A DNA stretch of 42,677 bases from a virus. Taxonomy: Duplodnaviria > Caudoviricetes. A program made the position numbers and the translations under genes. Each line of letters begins with the position of its first letter. The stretch's first letter is position 1. The stretch spans positions 1 through 42,677 of the IMG/VR virus record IMGVR_UViG_3300035530_000066; one strand, 5' to 3'. Of the stretch, positions 29,592 through 38,652 are shown in pieces. The notes beneath the pieces were generated by a model that worked only from the letters and a program-made list of their open reading frames with translations, searched no databases and was not told where the DNA came from.

Positions 29592-32129
29592 ATGAAAATA
29601 CAAAAACTCCACCTAACTCGATATAAACCATTTAAGTTTAAAAGTATAAAACGATTGGTGGTCGATATGACTGCCGAAGATACGCAAATATTAATAGGTA
29701 GTAACGGTTCAGGCAAATCATCTCTACTAAGAGAATGTACACCTTTTCCTTCTGTTAGAAGTAATTTTGAAAAATGTGGAAGTAAAGTTGTTGAATTAGA
29801 ACATGAAGGTTCTAAGTATATTCTAACTAGTAGATTTGCTGAAGCTCATAGTCCACATAGCTTTGTTAAAGATACTAAAGAACTCAACATAAGTGGAGCT
29901 ACCAAAATACAATACGAATTAATTGAAACGTATTTAGGTATTACTCCTGAATTGTATAAACTAATTACTGTCGGTTACGATATAGCAAATATGTCTGTAA
30001 GTAATAGGAAGAATCTTCTACTTAATCTAAATCCTACAAACATGTCCTTAATTTTAGACAAACATAAAAAGGTATGTACTAAACTTAGAGAATATAAAAA
30101 TAATTTAAAATTGTTATACAAAAGAAAAAAAGATATTACCGATAAACTACTTAACAAAGATATTATTGATGAAATTCGTAAGAATCAAAAAATCTTACAA
30201 GATAAAAAGAATACTTTAAACAAATGGATATATACTCTAGATACGTACATGCAAACATTGAAATCTGATAACGTTCAATGTGAATCTATAGATATTAACC
30301 AATTACGATCTGACATCCAAGAGATTATAAAAAATTCTATCGACTTTAGTCACATTTCTAGAGATATTAACCACGACATAATTTGTGGGGAATATAAAAA
30401 TAGAATCAATAATACTGAAATGTGTATAAGACAGATTGAAAGTGATATACAATCAACTATAAGAGAATTGTCAGAATATGAAAAATATACAAATAACGAT
30501 ACTGACGATAAGGATAAAATAGTTAATCGAATTAATGAATTAGAAAAAAATATTGATAATATCAAAATTCCGGACATGTATAAAAAATATATACTCCCAA
30601 AACATGAAATTGATACGTTGGAACTATCCATATACGATATCAAGCAACTACTCTCCAGATTTAGCGAAATTCCCCTCATCTCAACAAATACTTCTATATA
30701 TGACAAAATTCAAAATACTATCAATTCTCTTAGTTATAAAATAAAAGATATTTGTTTTAATAAAGCTCAGATAAATAAGGATTTAGAAGACTTAAATAAT
30801 AACAAATTGGATACATCAATAGGATACCCTAGCGATTGTCATTTCGACAATTGTAAGCTCAAAACTTTATATATAGAAAAAATAGATTCTTATAAAACTA
30901 CAAAAGAAAAACTGATAGACAAATTAAAGAAAGTTACTAAGAAATATGATAGATATGTCGCAACTAAAGATAAACTAGTTGAATTCTATCGTGTAAACAA
31001 ATCTAGCTATGAAACTTATATAGCCTTATTAGGAATACTTAATGAATTATATACAACTAAAAAAGTATTTAGCAATCTAGCTACTTTAGAAGTTTTGAAT
31101 AATAGACCTAATTCTATATCGCACTATTTAGATAATCTAATCGAAGTATCTAAATTATACCACAAACGAATTGAATTAATTGAAGAATTAAATATATTTA
31201 AGAAACAAGAAAAGACTATAAATACACCAAATAATATGTCAGCTGAACTTATACAAAAAATTATAACAGATAAACAAAAGCAGTTAACTCAACTACGTGA
31301 CAAACTCGATACTACAACAACCAAAGCTCAGAAAGAGAAAAGTGACTATCAAATATTGTTGAGATATACAGAAACTGTAAAGTATATTAAAGATATACAA
31401 GAAACTTATAAAACTTATACATATATTCAAGAACGAAATTTAGTATTGGAATACTATCAGAAATTAATTGATATTATGTATTCACTTATAAATGAATATG
31501 ATACAACTTTACTTGATATTAACGAAACTATTAAAGAACAAGATAGTTTATTGGATAGATTAAATCAAGAAATTCAAATTATGATAGATGATATAGAAAA
31601 AGATAAGATCAAATATGATCAAATAGAAAAAGCATTATCCCCTACTTCTGGAATACCACACACTTACATGATACGTTTTCTAAATACGATTATATCCAAT
31701 ACTAACAAATTTATAAGTAAAGTTTGGTCTTACAATTTGCAGCTAGTCCCATTAGATAATAATAAGTCGATAGATTACCAATTCGCAATCCAAGTAGGAA
31801 ATATTAAAGTAAATGATATTTCTACATGTTCTGATGGACAAAAGACTATAATTAATTTAGCTTTTACTTTAGCTATGATGGTACAATTAAAGCTTCACGA
31901 TTATCCGTTATATGTAGATGAAATTGATAAATATCTTGATCCTACACATGCTCAGGTATTGATTGAGTTGTTTGGGTGGTTAGTTGACAATAAACTTATT
32001 GGACAACTACTCATGATTAATCATAATAGTATAATGGAAGGTATACGTGGTGATATCCTAGTTATGGATGAAACTAATGTAGTATTACCTACTACATACA
32101 ATGAACATGTAATTATGGATAAGTACTAG
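29592..32129 (+). CDS. sbcC: SbcC/Rad50-like SMC ATPase (start revised to MKIQK)
   Basis: Walker A GSNGSGKSS, long coiled coil with central CHFDNC, signature CSDGQ, Walker B LYVDE, H-loop INH; GAGG RBS before the ATG at 29592. Confidence 0.9.
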   Translation: MKIQKLHLTRYKPFKFKSIKRLVVDMTAEDTQILIGSNGSGKSSLLRECTPFPSVRSNFEKCGSKVVELEHEGSKYILTSRFAEAHSPHSFVKDTKELNISGATKIQYELIETYLGITPELYKLITVGYDIANMSVSNRKNLLLNLNPTNMSLILDKHKKVCTKLREYKNNLKLLYKRKKDITDKLLNKDIIDEIRKNQKILQDKKNTLNKWIYTLDTYMQTLKSDNVQCESIDINQLRSDIQEIIKNSIDFSHISRDINHDIICGEYKNRINNTEMCIRQIESDIQSTIRELSEYEKYTNNDTDDKDKIVNRINELEKNIDNIKIPDMYKKYILPKHEIDTLELSIYDIKQLLSRFSEIPLISTNTSIYDKIQNTINSLSYKIKDICFNKAQINKDLEDLNNNKLDTSIGYPSDCHFDNCKLKTLYIEKIDSYKTTKEKLIDKLKKVTKKYDRYVATKDKLVEFYRVNKSSYETYIALLGILNELYTTKKVFSNLATLEVLNNRPNSISHYLDNLIEVSKLYHKRIELIEELNIFKKQEKTINTPNNMSAELIQKIITDKQKQLTQLRDKLDTTTTKAQKEKSDYQILLRYTETVKYIKDIQETYKTYTYIQERNLVLEYYQKLIDIMYSLINEYDTTLLDINETIKEQDSLLDRLNQEIQIMIDDIEKDKIKYDQIEKALSPTSGIPHTYMIRFLNTIISNTNKFISKVWSYNLQLVPLDNNKSIDYQFAIQVGNIKVNDISTCSDGQKTIINLAFTLAMMVQLKLHDYPLYVDEIDKYLDPTHAQVLIELFGWLVDNKLIGQLLMINHNSIMEGIRGDILVMDETNVVLPTTYNEHVIMDKY

Positions 32130-32156
32130 AAATAAAAATATAAATACTACCAGACA

Positions 32157-32195
32157 ATGCTCATATGGCTACCACAATGGTAGCCATATGAGCAT
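32157..32195. terminator. Bidirectional terminator
   Basis: ATGCTCATATGGCTACCA-caa-TGGTAGCCATATGAGCAT. Confidence 0.8.
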
Positions 32196-32209
32196 CTTTT
32201 ATGTCAAAT

Positions 32210-32623
32210 TTATCCTAACTTTTCTCTTGGAATAGTAAGGTTATTTGAAGTACTTATACCATCACTACTATATTCTACGATTTGATTATAAGTATGATGA
32301 CAATACTCAATTCTCTCTTTTGTTCGATTTATAAGTAATGCGATATCGTAGATTCCACCAGTAATGTCAAAATTGCCTATAATCTCACTCATAAACAACT
32401 TACCATTACCACTCAAATGAACTCCGGGGTGAATCATTGATAGCCTATCTATCCAGCAACTACCCTCTTGAGACAAGGTAGCACCTTCAGCTATATATCC
32501 CCCCTTTTCGCCCAAATGTAATCCATATTTGTTTGTACATGAATATATCCTGTATAATTTGTACATGTTCCCTTCACTAACTCTAACCTTAAAATCACTT
32601 TTATCAAATCTATATTTTCTCAT
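32210..32623 (-). CDS. Phage protein of the LYRI...GGYI...LSQ.G..W family (usually followed by hexapeptide repeats)
   Basis: KLYRIYS...GEKGGYIAEGATLSQEGSCWI; AGGAGG RBS. Confidence 0.65.
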   Translation of the reverse strand: MRKYRFDKSDFKVRVSEGNMYKLYRIYSCTNKYGLHLGEKGGYIAEGATLSQEGSCWIDRLSMIHPGVHLSGNGKLFMSEIIGNFDITGGIYDIALLINRTKERIEYCHHTYNQIVEYSSDGISTSNNLTIPREKLG

Positions 32624-32665
32624 AAATATACCTCCTAAGTATAAATTATATAAGTATTCTATTTG

Positions 32666-32678
32666 ATAATATATATCT
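32666..32678 (-). promoter_or_regulatory. Putative early promoter (AGATATATATTAT)
   Basis: Variant of the shared motif, 43 nt upstream of the ATG at 32623. Confidence 0.55.
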
Positions 32679-32705
32679 CAAATGAATTCAACAATACTTA
32701 TACAA

Positions 32706-33179
32706 TTAATAAACCATATAATTATTTGTATTAATTAAATCTGAAGACTCGTATAACTTATTTACCATCAATTCATATCTTCGCTTATCTAATATATTTA
32801 TTTTGGTATTATTATACAAATCTTTATATGTAGCCCACAAAACTAACTTTACATATTCATTATCTGATAATATGATTCTATCTACAACATCTTCATCGGT
32901 TTCAAATTCATCTCTTACTAATACGGTAAGATTGTCAGCTATCTCTACTCCATAACTTTTCCTAATCCTATATATAACTACCGGATCTAAACAATCTTTA
33001 AGTAGGGAAGTAGCTATTGCTACATATTCATCTAGACCATTCATCATACAAATTACTCGTCAAGTTGTACTTAATAGATGGCACAAGTATTTTATATCAG
33101 AAATGTCAGTAAAGTTAGTGCGATTATTTATACTAAATTGGATCTGGGAAAAATAAGTAACTAGTTTTAAATTATGCAT
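32706..33179 (-). pseudogene. Hypothetical gene interrupted by one in-frame TGA (33060-33062), or two adjacent ORFs
   Basis: An RBS-bearing ATG at 33179 (MHNLKLV...STT*RVICMMNGLDE) is in frame with ORF 32706..33047, which has no obvious RBS. Confidence 0.45.
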
Positions 33180-33242
33180 AAATTCTCCATAAATTAATAC
33201 ACCAAATAGTAATACTCAAATATAATTTTAAATAATAAAAAG

Positions 33243-33271
33243 GCTTACTCTCCATATGATGGAGAGTAAGC
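33243..33271 (-). terminator. Intrinsic terminator
   Basis: GCTTACTCTCCAT-atg-ATGGAGAGTAAGC with a minus-strand U-tract. Confidence 0.75.
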
Positions 33272-33291
33272 TCTTAGATATATTATTGTAT

Positions 33292-33516
33292 TTATTTATT
33301 AGATCGAGCTTTTGCTTCTTCAAGAAAATCTTCGGGAGTTTTATCCCAGAGATCTTTCAATAGTTCCCAATCTGAATTGGTTATTATTTTTTTATTCCAA
33401 GTTTCTATCAATTCTTTAATCCGATGAATACTTGTTGGACCGTGAGTATTTACATATTCCACAATCTTGAGTACTACTTCCGCCGAAACTACAACTTTAG
33501 ATAATTCATTTGCCAT
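33292..33516 (-). CDS. Hypothetical protein in the lysis operon
   Basis: 74 aa, AAGGAG RBS. Confidence 0.75.
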   Translation of the reverse strand: MANELSKVVVSAEVVLKIVEYVNTHGPTSIHRIKELIETWNKKIITNSDWELLKDLWDKTPEDFLEEAKARSNK

Positions 33517-33540
33517 AGATATCTCCTTAAATATTTGTCA

Positions 33541-34002
33541 TCATTTTACGAATTTTAAAATGGGAAATTTATCAAGAAAACCCATATCAACTATTGTAGT
33601 AAATAAGATATCATAATTTTCCCACAAAGTTTTAACTGCTGTAGTTGCTGCCAATTTTGCATCTACTAATTCGGGATCTTTTGATGGATCAAGAGTACAA
33701 TCTTCTGACATCTTTTTATCTAGAATTGTAATGTATGTATGTGATGTTACTGTTGCCAATTTTCCCGCTTTCCTATATATGTCAGCAATCGTTGAAAGTT
33801 TAGTATATTGTTCATCCGACATATCTCCTTTGACAGTCATATCAGCAGCTACTTCCATAACTGAATAGTATACAGTAGCAGCAGTTTTAATAGTCGCATA
33901 ACTAGTAGTATTAATAGTTTGTTTAGCACAACCTACGGCAATTAATACCATCCACAATGTAAAAATATAAGATACTATACCCCGATGTTTCATATGACTC
34001 AT
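33541..34002 (-). CDS. Lipoprotein
   Basis: Signal peptide with lipobox IAVG-C. Confidence 0.75.
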   Translation of the reverse strand: MSHMKHRGIVSYIFTLWMVLIAVGCAKQTINTTSYATIKTAATVYYSVMEVAADMTVKGDMSDEQYTKLSTIADIYRKAGKLATVTSHTYITILDKKMSEDCTLDPSKDPELVDAKLAATTAVKTLWENYDILFTTIVDMGFLDKFPILKFVK

Positions 34003-34007
34003 CTCCG

Positions 34008-34334
34008 TTAAAGTTGATCTTTTATTGATTGTTTTTGTTGCATATTAAATTCTTCAATACGAATCTGCTCTTTACGAATCCACACCCTTAGCTCGTCAAT
34101 AGTATTACAATTATCTTTATAATTACCATACAATCTCAATATAAATTCACTAACGTCTCTATCGTTATAAGTACCTTCAGGAATATTCGGTAAAGGTTTA
34201 TATGACAACAACTCTTCTGGTGGAGTTATAATAGTCAATTCTTTTTGTATTACTACTACAGGCTTTGTCGTACTACATCCTAACATTCCTAACAATATAA
34301 AAATTATAAAAATGTATTTAGTCGATTGTTGCAT
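34008..34334 (-). CDS. o-spanin (Rz1-like lipoprotein)
   Basis: Lipobox MLG-C, Pro-rich TPPEELL...P.P, CN...L helix; overlaps the upstream i-spanin gene. Confidence 0.78.
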   Translation of the reverse strand: MQQSTKYIFIIFILLGMLGCSTTKPVVVIQKELTIITPPEELLSYKPLPNIPEGTYNDRDVSEFILRLYGNYKDNCNTIDELRVWIRKEQIRIEEFNMQQKQSIKDQL

Positions 34335-34713
34335 TTTGCTCCTCCATACTTCGTATAGTATTCATGGTATACTGTAATACTTCTGAAGATGTATTTGGTA
34401 AATTCTTACTATACTTTTCCAATTCATCTATCTGATTCTCTAACTCTTTTGCAGCTTTTTCTCGTCGGGCTAAGGTAGATACTACTCTATCGTATCTACT
34501 TTTCCACATATCTATTTCTTCTTTATGTATCATATTGTTATAATTAACTTCGACTTCTTTTGCGAGTACTTGCTGTTTAGCTTGTTCTAAAGCTATGACA
34601 GTTCTATTGTGATTGTTAACATAAAATACCACTACACCTGCAAGTATAACTAATAGCAATATCTTACAAGTTGTACCTTTACAAAAAGATAATATACTAG
34701 CGATTCCAAGCAT
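34318..34713 (-). CDS. i-spanin (Rz-like)
   Basis: N-terminal TM helix followed by coiled coil; 17-bp overlap with the o-spanin gene. Confidence 0.75.
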   Translation of the reverse strand: MLGIASILSFCKGTTCKILLLVILAGVVVFYVNNHNRTVIALEQAKQQVLAKEVEVNYNNMIHKEEIDMWKSRYDRVVSTLARREKAAKELENQIDELEKYSKNLPNTSSEVLQYTMNTIRSMEEQNATID

Positions 34714-34781
34714 ATTGACACACCTCTTACTATATAATTTAGTAATAAAATAACAAAAAATATATACCTATAAGATAGACA

Positions 34782-34811
34782 AGAGAGATGTCTCATATGA
34801 GACATCTCTCT
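34782..34811. terminator. Terminator (perfect 30-bp palindrome)
   Basis: AGAGAGATGTCTCAT|ATGAGACATCTCTCT. Confidence 0.75.
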
Positions 34812-34818
34812 CATCGCT

Positions 34819-35358
34819 TTACAACTCGTATACGTAAATATCTATGTCGCTAAATATATTACCGATTATAGATTCTACCTTATTCCAATCACCTCTAGCT
34901 AATCCACAACCAATCTTAGGAATACCAATAGTGTGATCGTACCAGTTGTCATGGATCAGTTGCATACAAGATTCGACTGCATCCAAATACAACATATCAT
35001 TACAATTCCAATATGTATATTGTGTATATGCGTTGATGATATACTTATGTGAAGTATCAATGATATGTTTTGGAGATGGTGTACCCGCTATATGATCATG
35101 GAACATTACTCCATATGCTGGTGGAGCTGTTCTGAGCGCATAGGGTGTTACTGAACTATATGTTAAAGTACCCAATTTATTTCTATCACCTTTATCTGTA
35201 AACTCTATATCGACGAATTGAACAATATCATAGTTTTCCTTTATCTGTTTAGCGATACCTTTTCTCATCGTATGAAAGCAATTACACCCATGAGCTATTG
35301 TAGCTACCTCACCACAATCAAAAGCTTTAAGTAGATCACCTTTTCTATATATGATCAT
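34819..35358 (-). CDS. Macrodomain protein (Poa1/TARG1/DarG-like ADP-ribose hydrolase family)
   Basis: KGDLL, IAHGCNCFHTM.KGIA, IINAYTQ, IPKIGCGLARGDW. Confidence 0.88.
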   Translation of the reverse strand: MIIYRKGDLLKAFDCGEVATIAHGCNCFHTMRKGIAKQIKENYDIVQFVDIEFTDKGDRNKLGTLTYSSVTPYALRTAPPAYGVMFHDHIAGTPSPKHIIDTSHKYIINAYTQYTYWNCNDMLYLDAVESCMQLIHDNWYDHTIGIPKIGCGLARGDWNKVESIIGNIFSDIDIYVYEL

Positions 35359-35377
35359 AATTTCTCCTATTCTGTAC

Positions 35378-36406
35378 TTAAAATTCCCACAACTCTTTAT
35401 CTTTCCGAATACATTCTTCGTAGAGAGATAACATCAATTCTTTAATTTGCGGATGAGGTTCTCCTGTAGTACCTAATGCTCTAAGGTTAAAGATATGTTT
35501 CCATTCTTCAATATTAGCGGTCACTAAAAGTTCAGTCTTCAATCCAAGTGGCAATACATTACGAGCTAACTGAGCTTTCTTATCATAATCATTAATGAGA
35601 GTATTATATCCACTCTCACAAACTGTAGAAACAAAAGTATATACATCTTCAGGAGTAAGAGATCTACCTGACTTAGATATTATCTGACCGCGATCAAATG
35701 TAATATCTGATACATCTACAGTATCCAATATATCTGCATCTAACCAAGATGGTTTAATGATAGTAATACCGCCATGTTTATTATAATTCACATAACGGGT
35801 ACTTTCTTGAGCGAAACTGCATAATCTATGTCGTACTATCTCATTTGCAATAGCTCTGTCACATACAAATTTTACTGACATCGTATCATGAATTCGACGT
35901 TTCTGTATAGATAGTGTAGAAGGATCTAAAATTTCACACCATTCATAACCTTTATCAAAATCATTCTCATCTTCTATATATGATTGGATATTGAGCGATT
36001 TGTCGATATTTACAACATCCTCAAATAATGCAGGATAAGCTTGATATAATGTCTTCAAAATATATTCTATATCTGAAGAACAATTAGCACTAATCCAATC
36101 TTTACAAAAATTACGAAATGCTCTAACATTTCCAGAAAGAATATATCCCCTTTCTGAAACTGAATGTTCGAACCGATGCATACTCTTCGGTATCGCTGAT
36201 GCAATTGCTGGACTCCTCTCAATTACTATATTCATATGTTCAAGCATAGCTGTATGCTGATTTTTAATCAGCCGCTTAACAAAAGCTTCAGCGGAATTTG
36301 GAGTAATAGCTTTCTCAGATTTATAACACAACCTAGCCGCTTTTTCAATACCTTCAATTGAATTGATATTATCTAAAATTTCATAACTAGCATTTATATA
36401 TTCCAT
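35378..36406 (-). CDS. thyX: FAD-dependent thymidylate synthase
   Basis: AARLCYKS, HTAMLEH, RAIANEIVRHRLCSFAQESTRY, ARNVLP. Confidence 0.93.
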   Translation of the reverse strand: MEYINASYEILDNINSIEGIEKAARLCYKSEKAITPNSAEAFVKRLIKNQHTAMLEHMNIVIERSPAIASAIPKSMHRFEHSVSERGYILSGNVRAFRNFCKDWISANCSSDIEYILKTLYQAYPALFEDVVNIDKSLNIQSYIEDENDFDKGYEWCEILDPSTLSIQKRRIHDTMSVKFVCDRAIANEIVRHRLCSFAQESTRYVNYNKHGGITIIKPSWLDADILDTVDVSDITFDRGQIISKSGRSLTPEDVYTFVSTVCESGYNTLINDYDKKAQLARNVLPLGLKTELLVTANIEEWKHIFNLRALGTTGEPHPQIKELMLSLYEECIRKDKELWEF

Positions 36407-36455
36407 ATATATCTCTCCAATTAATTTGATTAAGTTTTTAATTTAAAATATAAAA

Positions 36456-36487
36456 TAGAGTGGAGACTAATAATAGTCTCCACTCTA
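36456..36487 (-). terminator. Intrinsic terminator
   Basis: TAGAGTGGAGACTA-ataa-TAGTCTCCACTCTA. Confidence 0.78.
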
Positions 36488-36494
36488 CATAGTG

Positions 36495-36719
36495 CTAATC
36501 AATCAGGATCCTTCGGACAGGGATTACACCAAACTGATAGCTCCGATAGCAATACACCTTACCATCCAAATGCACACCCCACGAGAGAATAGTAGAGTCA
36601 TACTGACTACTAGACCATACATGATTGTCACAAAATAATGTCCAGTCTATACCAAGGAATGATCTATTTTCCCAGATGTAACATAACTCGCTCTTATTAG
36701 GAAGAAAATAGTCATTACA
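36495..36719 (-). pseudogene. Start-less DUF1566-like cassette homologous to 17821-18047
   Basis: Translates as CNDYFLPNKSELCYIWENRS...VWSSSQYD...VIPVRRILID*; in-frame TAA four codons upstream and no start codon at its 5' end. Confidence 0.85.
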
Positions 36720-36761
36720 TTGGTGAAGTTATCTTATTACCTACAAATTACAAATAATAAA

Positions 36762-37175
36762 CTATTTACTAGTTATTATATCAATAGCTGGAATATCGCG
36801 CAGATTTAAAATATCATCTTCAGAAGGCATTACAATCGCTCTTACTCCAAATCGCATTTTATTTTCGCCATATAAGCTCTGTGCCAGTTTACCCATCTTC
36901 GTATCAAGAAATTTGATATTACATTTTACCATCCCATCTTCTGTTATATGCAAATTAGTACATTTGATACAAACATTTTTAGAATTGATAGTTAATGCAT
37001 GATCTACATCGTCCGATCTAAATGTATCGGAATATACTAATTCCCCATAATAAATTTTTCCAGGATATTTTTCGATATAACATTCAAATGGTTCTCGCGC
37101 ATAGTTGTGTCGAGTGTATTCGTTCGGACCATCCACTTTACATACGATTTGATCAGCAATATCAAAAGTAGACAT
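36762..37175 (-). CDS. Prohead-protease-fold protein (T4 gp21-like), probably catalytically degenerate
   Basis: YGEL..., IN.KNVC, IKFLDTKMGK, FGVRA resemble GELxHP / ILDTPxG / VSSRG but lack the His and Ser. Confidence 0.55.
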   Translation of the reverse strand: MSTFDIADQIVCKVDGPNEYTRHNYAREPFECYIEKYPGKIYYGELVYSDTFRSDDVDHALTINSKNVCIKCTNLHITEDGMVKCNIKFLDTKMGKLAQSLYGENKMRFGVRAIVMPSEDDILNLRDIPAIDIITSK

Positions 37176-37196
37176 ATAACTTCTCCCATATTGTAT

Positions 37197-37355
37197 TTAT
37201 GAATAGATTATATCTAATCCATTTAACGCATCTACATATTCGATCTCTAAAGTATCCGCATATACTATTTGAAATTCTGCATATTTAGATAACCAATGAA
37301 TTTCAACAGGCCGATCGTTATATGTACAATAATGATATTTAGCTTTATTATCCAT
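37197..37355 (-). CDS. Small hypothetical protein (start revised to MDNKAK)
   Basis: ATG at 37355 lies directly after the DHH stop; the longer ORF-track start overlaps the DHH gene. Confidence 0.6.
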   Translation of the reverse strand: MDNKAKYHYCTYNDRPVEIHWLSKYAEFQIVYADTLEIEYVDALNGLDIIYS

Positions 37356-37356
37356 A

Positions 37357-38226
37357 TTAAAAATCCTTAGCAAACTCGAGTTCAGATAGATGTTTAACAG
37401 AGTAGCCACCAGCCCCTCTATGACCACCCCCTTGATATCTTTCACACAATTTACCAACATGAATATTTTTCTTCGGATCAACTTCACGAACCGATACTTT
37501 CCAATGTCCTCTATTATGCCGATAAAATCCGATAATCAAATCATGCTTAACTGGATCAACTACACTATCAAACATCATCGAATTGACTAATCCGACATTG
37601 GCAACGATAGCGACATATCCACAAAAAGTACTCTCAAAAGCTCTTGATTTCATAAGAATTCTATTATCTCTTATTTTTCTAGATAAGATCTTTCTACCAA
37701 TACGAATAGTCTTATCGACGAAATTGTCATCATCAAATAATTTATTCCATAGAACAAATGCTTGCTTATTATTATTGACTGGAAATAGATCCATGTCGGA
37801 TAGACCTTCTTCAAATTCCATCACATCAGGCATATCCATAAATCTGCCAGTATCATAACATCCAATCAACTTAACTGCTTTGGGAAAAGGTACATCAGGA
37901 TATACATATTGCCAAGTCAATTCTGTACCACACATACTTGAATCTCTAATACCTTCAATATCTTCTCCTATAATTTCATGAACCTTATTGATAGCTAATT
38001 CGTGATGATCAATCCATATCAATCTACAATTCTCTTTAAGCCACAACATATCTTCAGGTTCGAATGTGAAGTCAACTACATATACGGTTTCTCCTTTTGC
38101 CAGTCTATCTTTTCTCAATTCATAACCATAATTAACCGGGACAGGATAAGCTGTCGGATCGGCACGTTTAATAATAGCAGCAGCAGCTTTACCATCCGTA
38201 TCGATATGAAAGTATACTGTAGACAT
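37357..38226 (-). CDS. DHH-DHHA1 family phosphoesterase
   Basis: H.DTDG, VVDF, WIDHH, SVR, GGGHRGAGG. Confidence 0.92.
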   Translation of the reverse strand: MSTVYFHIDTDGKAAAAIIKRADPTAYPVPVNYGYELRKDRLAKGETVYVVDFTFEPEDMLWLKENCRLIWIDHHELAINKVHEIIGEDIEGIRDSSMCGTELTWQYVYPDVPFPKAVKLIGCYDTGRFMDMPDVMEFEEGLSDMDLFPVNNNKQAFVLWNKLFDDDNFVDKTIRIGRKILSRKIRDNRILMKSRAFESTFCGYVAIVANVGLVNSMMFDSVVDPVKHDLIIGFYRHNRGHWKVSVREVDPKKNIHVGKLCERYQGGGHRGAGGYSVKHLSELEFAKDF

Positions 38227-38285
38227 AAGTCTTCTCCTTTTAATAAAAGATTGTATTATTAGATAGATGATATATATACATTTTA

Positions 38286-38298
38286 ATAATATATACTT
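38286..38298 (-). promoter_or_regulatory. Putative early promoter (AAGTATATATTAT)
   Basis: Variant of the shared motif, 60 nt upstream of the DHH ATG. Confidence 0.45.
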
Positions 38299-38328
38299 AT
38301 CTTAAAAATCAAAAAAAGAAATAAATAG

Positions 38329-38358
38329 AGAGAGGTACCCTATGTTGGGTACCTCTCT
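38329..38358 (-). terminator. Intrinsic terminator
   Basis: AGAGAGGTACCC-tatgtt-GGGTACCTCTCT with a minus-strand U-rich tail. Confidence 0.75.
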
Positions 38359-38359
38359 A

Positions 38360-38572
38360 TTACTCACTAATCGAACTAGCTAACTCGTTTAAACCTTCAA
38401 TCCTCTCGAGTAGTAACTGTTCTCGATCCCGCTCATTATTACATAGGAGATTTAATCGTTTAAACTCCACTTGTATCTCGCGAAGTTCTTTAATCTCCTC
38501 ATGGACCTTTGAAATTTCTCTCAGAATTTGTCCCAATTGTCGTGCCATTAATGACGAATTTTCAGTTAACAT
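38360..38572 (-). CDS. Small coiled-coil protein
   Basis: 70 aa, GAGG RBS, heptad pattern. Confidence 0.7.
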   Translation of the reverse strand: MLTENSSLMARQLGQILREISKVHEEIKELREIQVEFKRLNLLCNNERDREQLLLERIEGLNELASSISE

Positions 38573-38652
38573 ATTATTTCCTCTCTTGATTGGAATCGGA
38601 GGAAGGCATACTCTAATATATTAGAGTACACCTTCCCTGGATATATTCGAAG

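Noticed and set aside
36495-36719. Canonical DGR template repeat for the region at 17821-18047
   Set aside because: Only 1 of 15 mismatches in the first 60 nt falls on a cassette adenine, there are indels and synonymous changes, the cassette is not AAY-rich, and no reverse transcriptase is in the window. A cognate partner outside the window cannot be excluded.
36407-36761. tRNA or other RNA gene in the large intergenic gap
   Set aside because: No cloverleaf or T-loop signature; the gap is explained by a terminator plus the DUF1566-like cassette.
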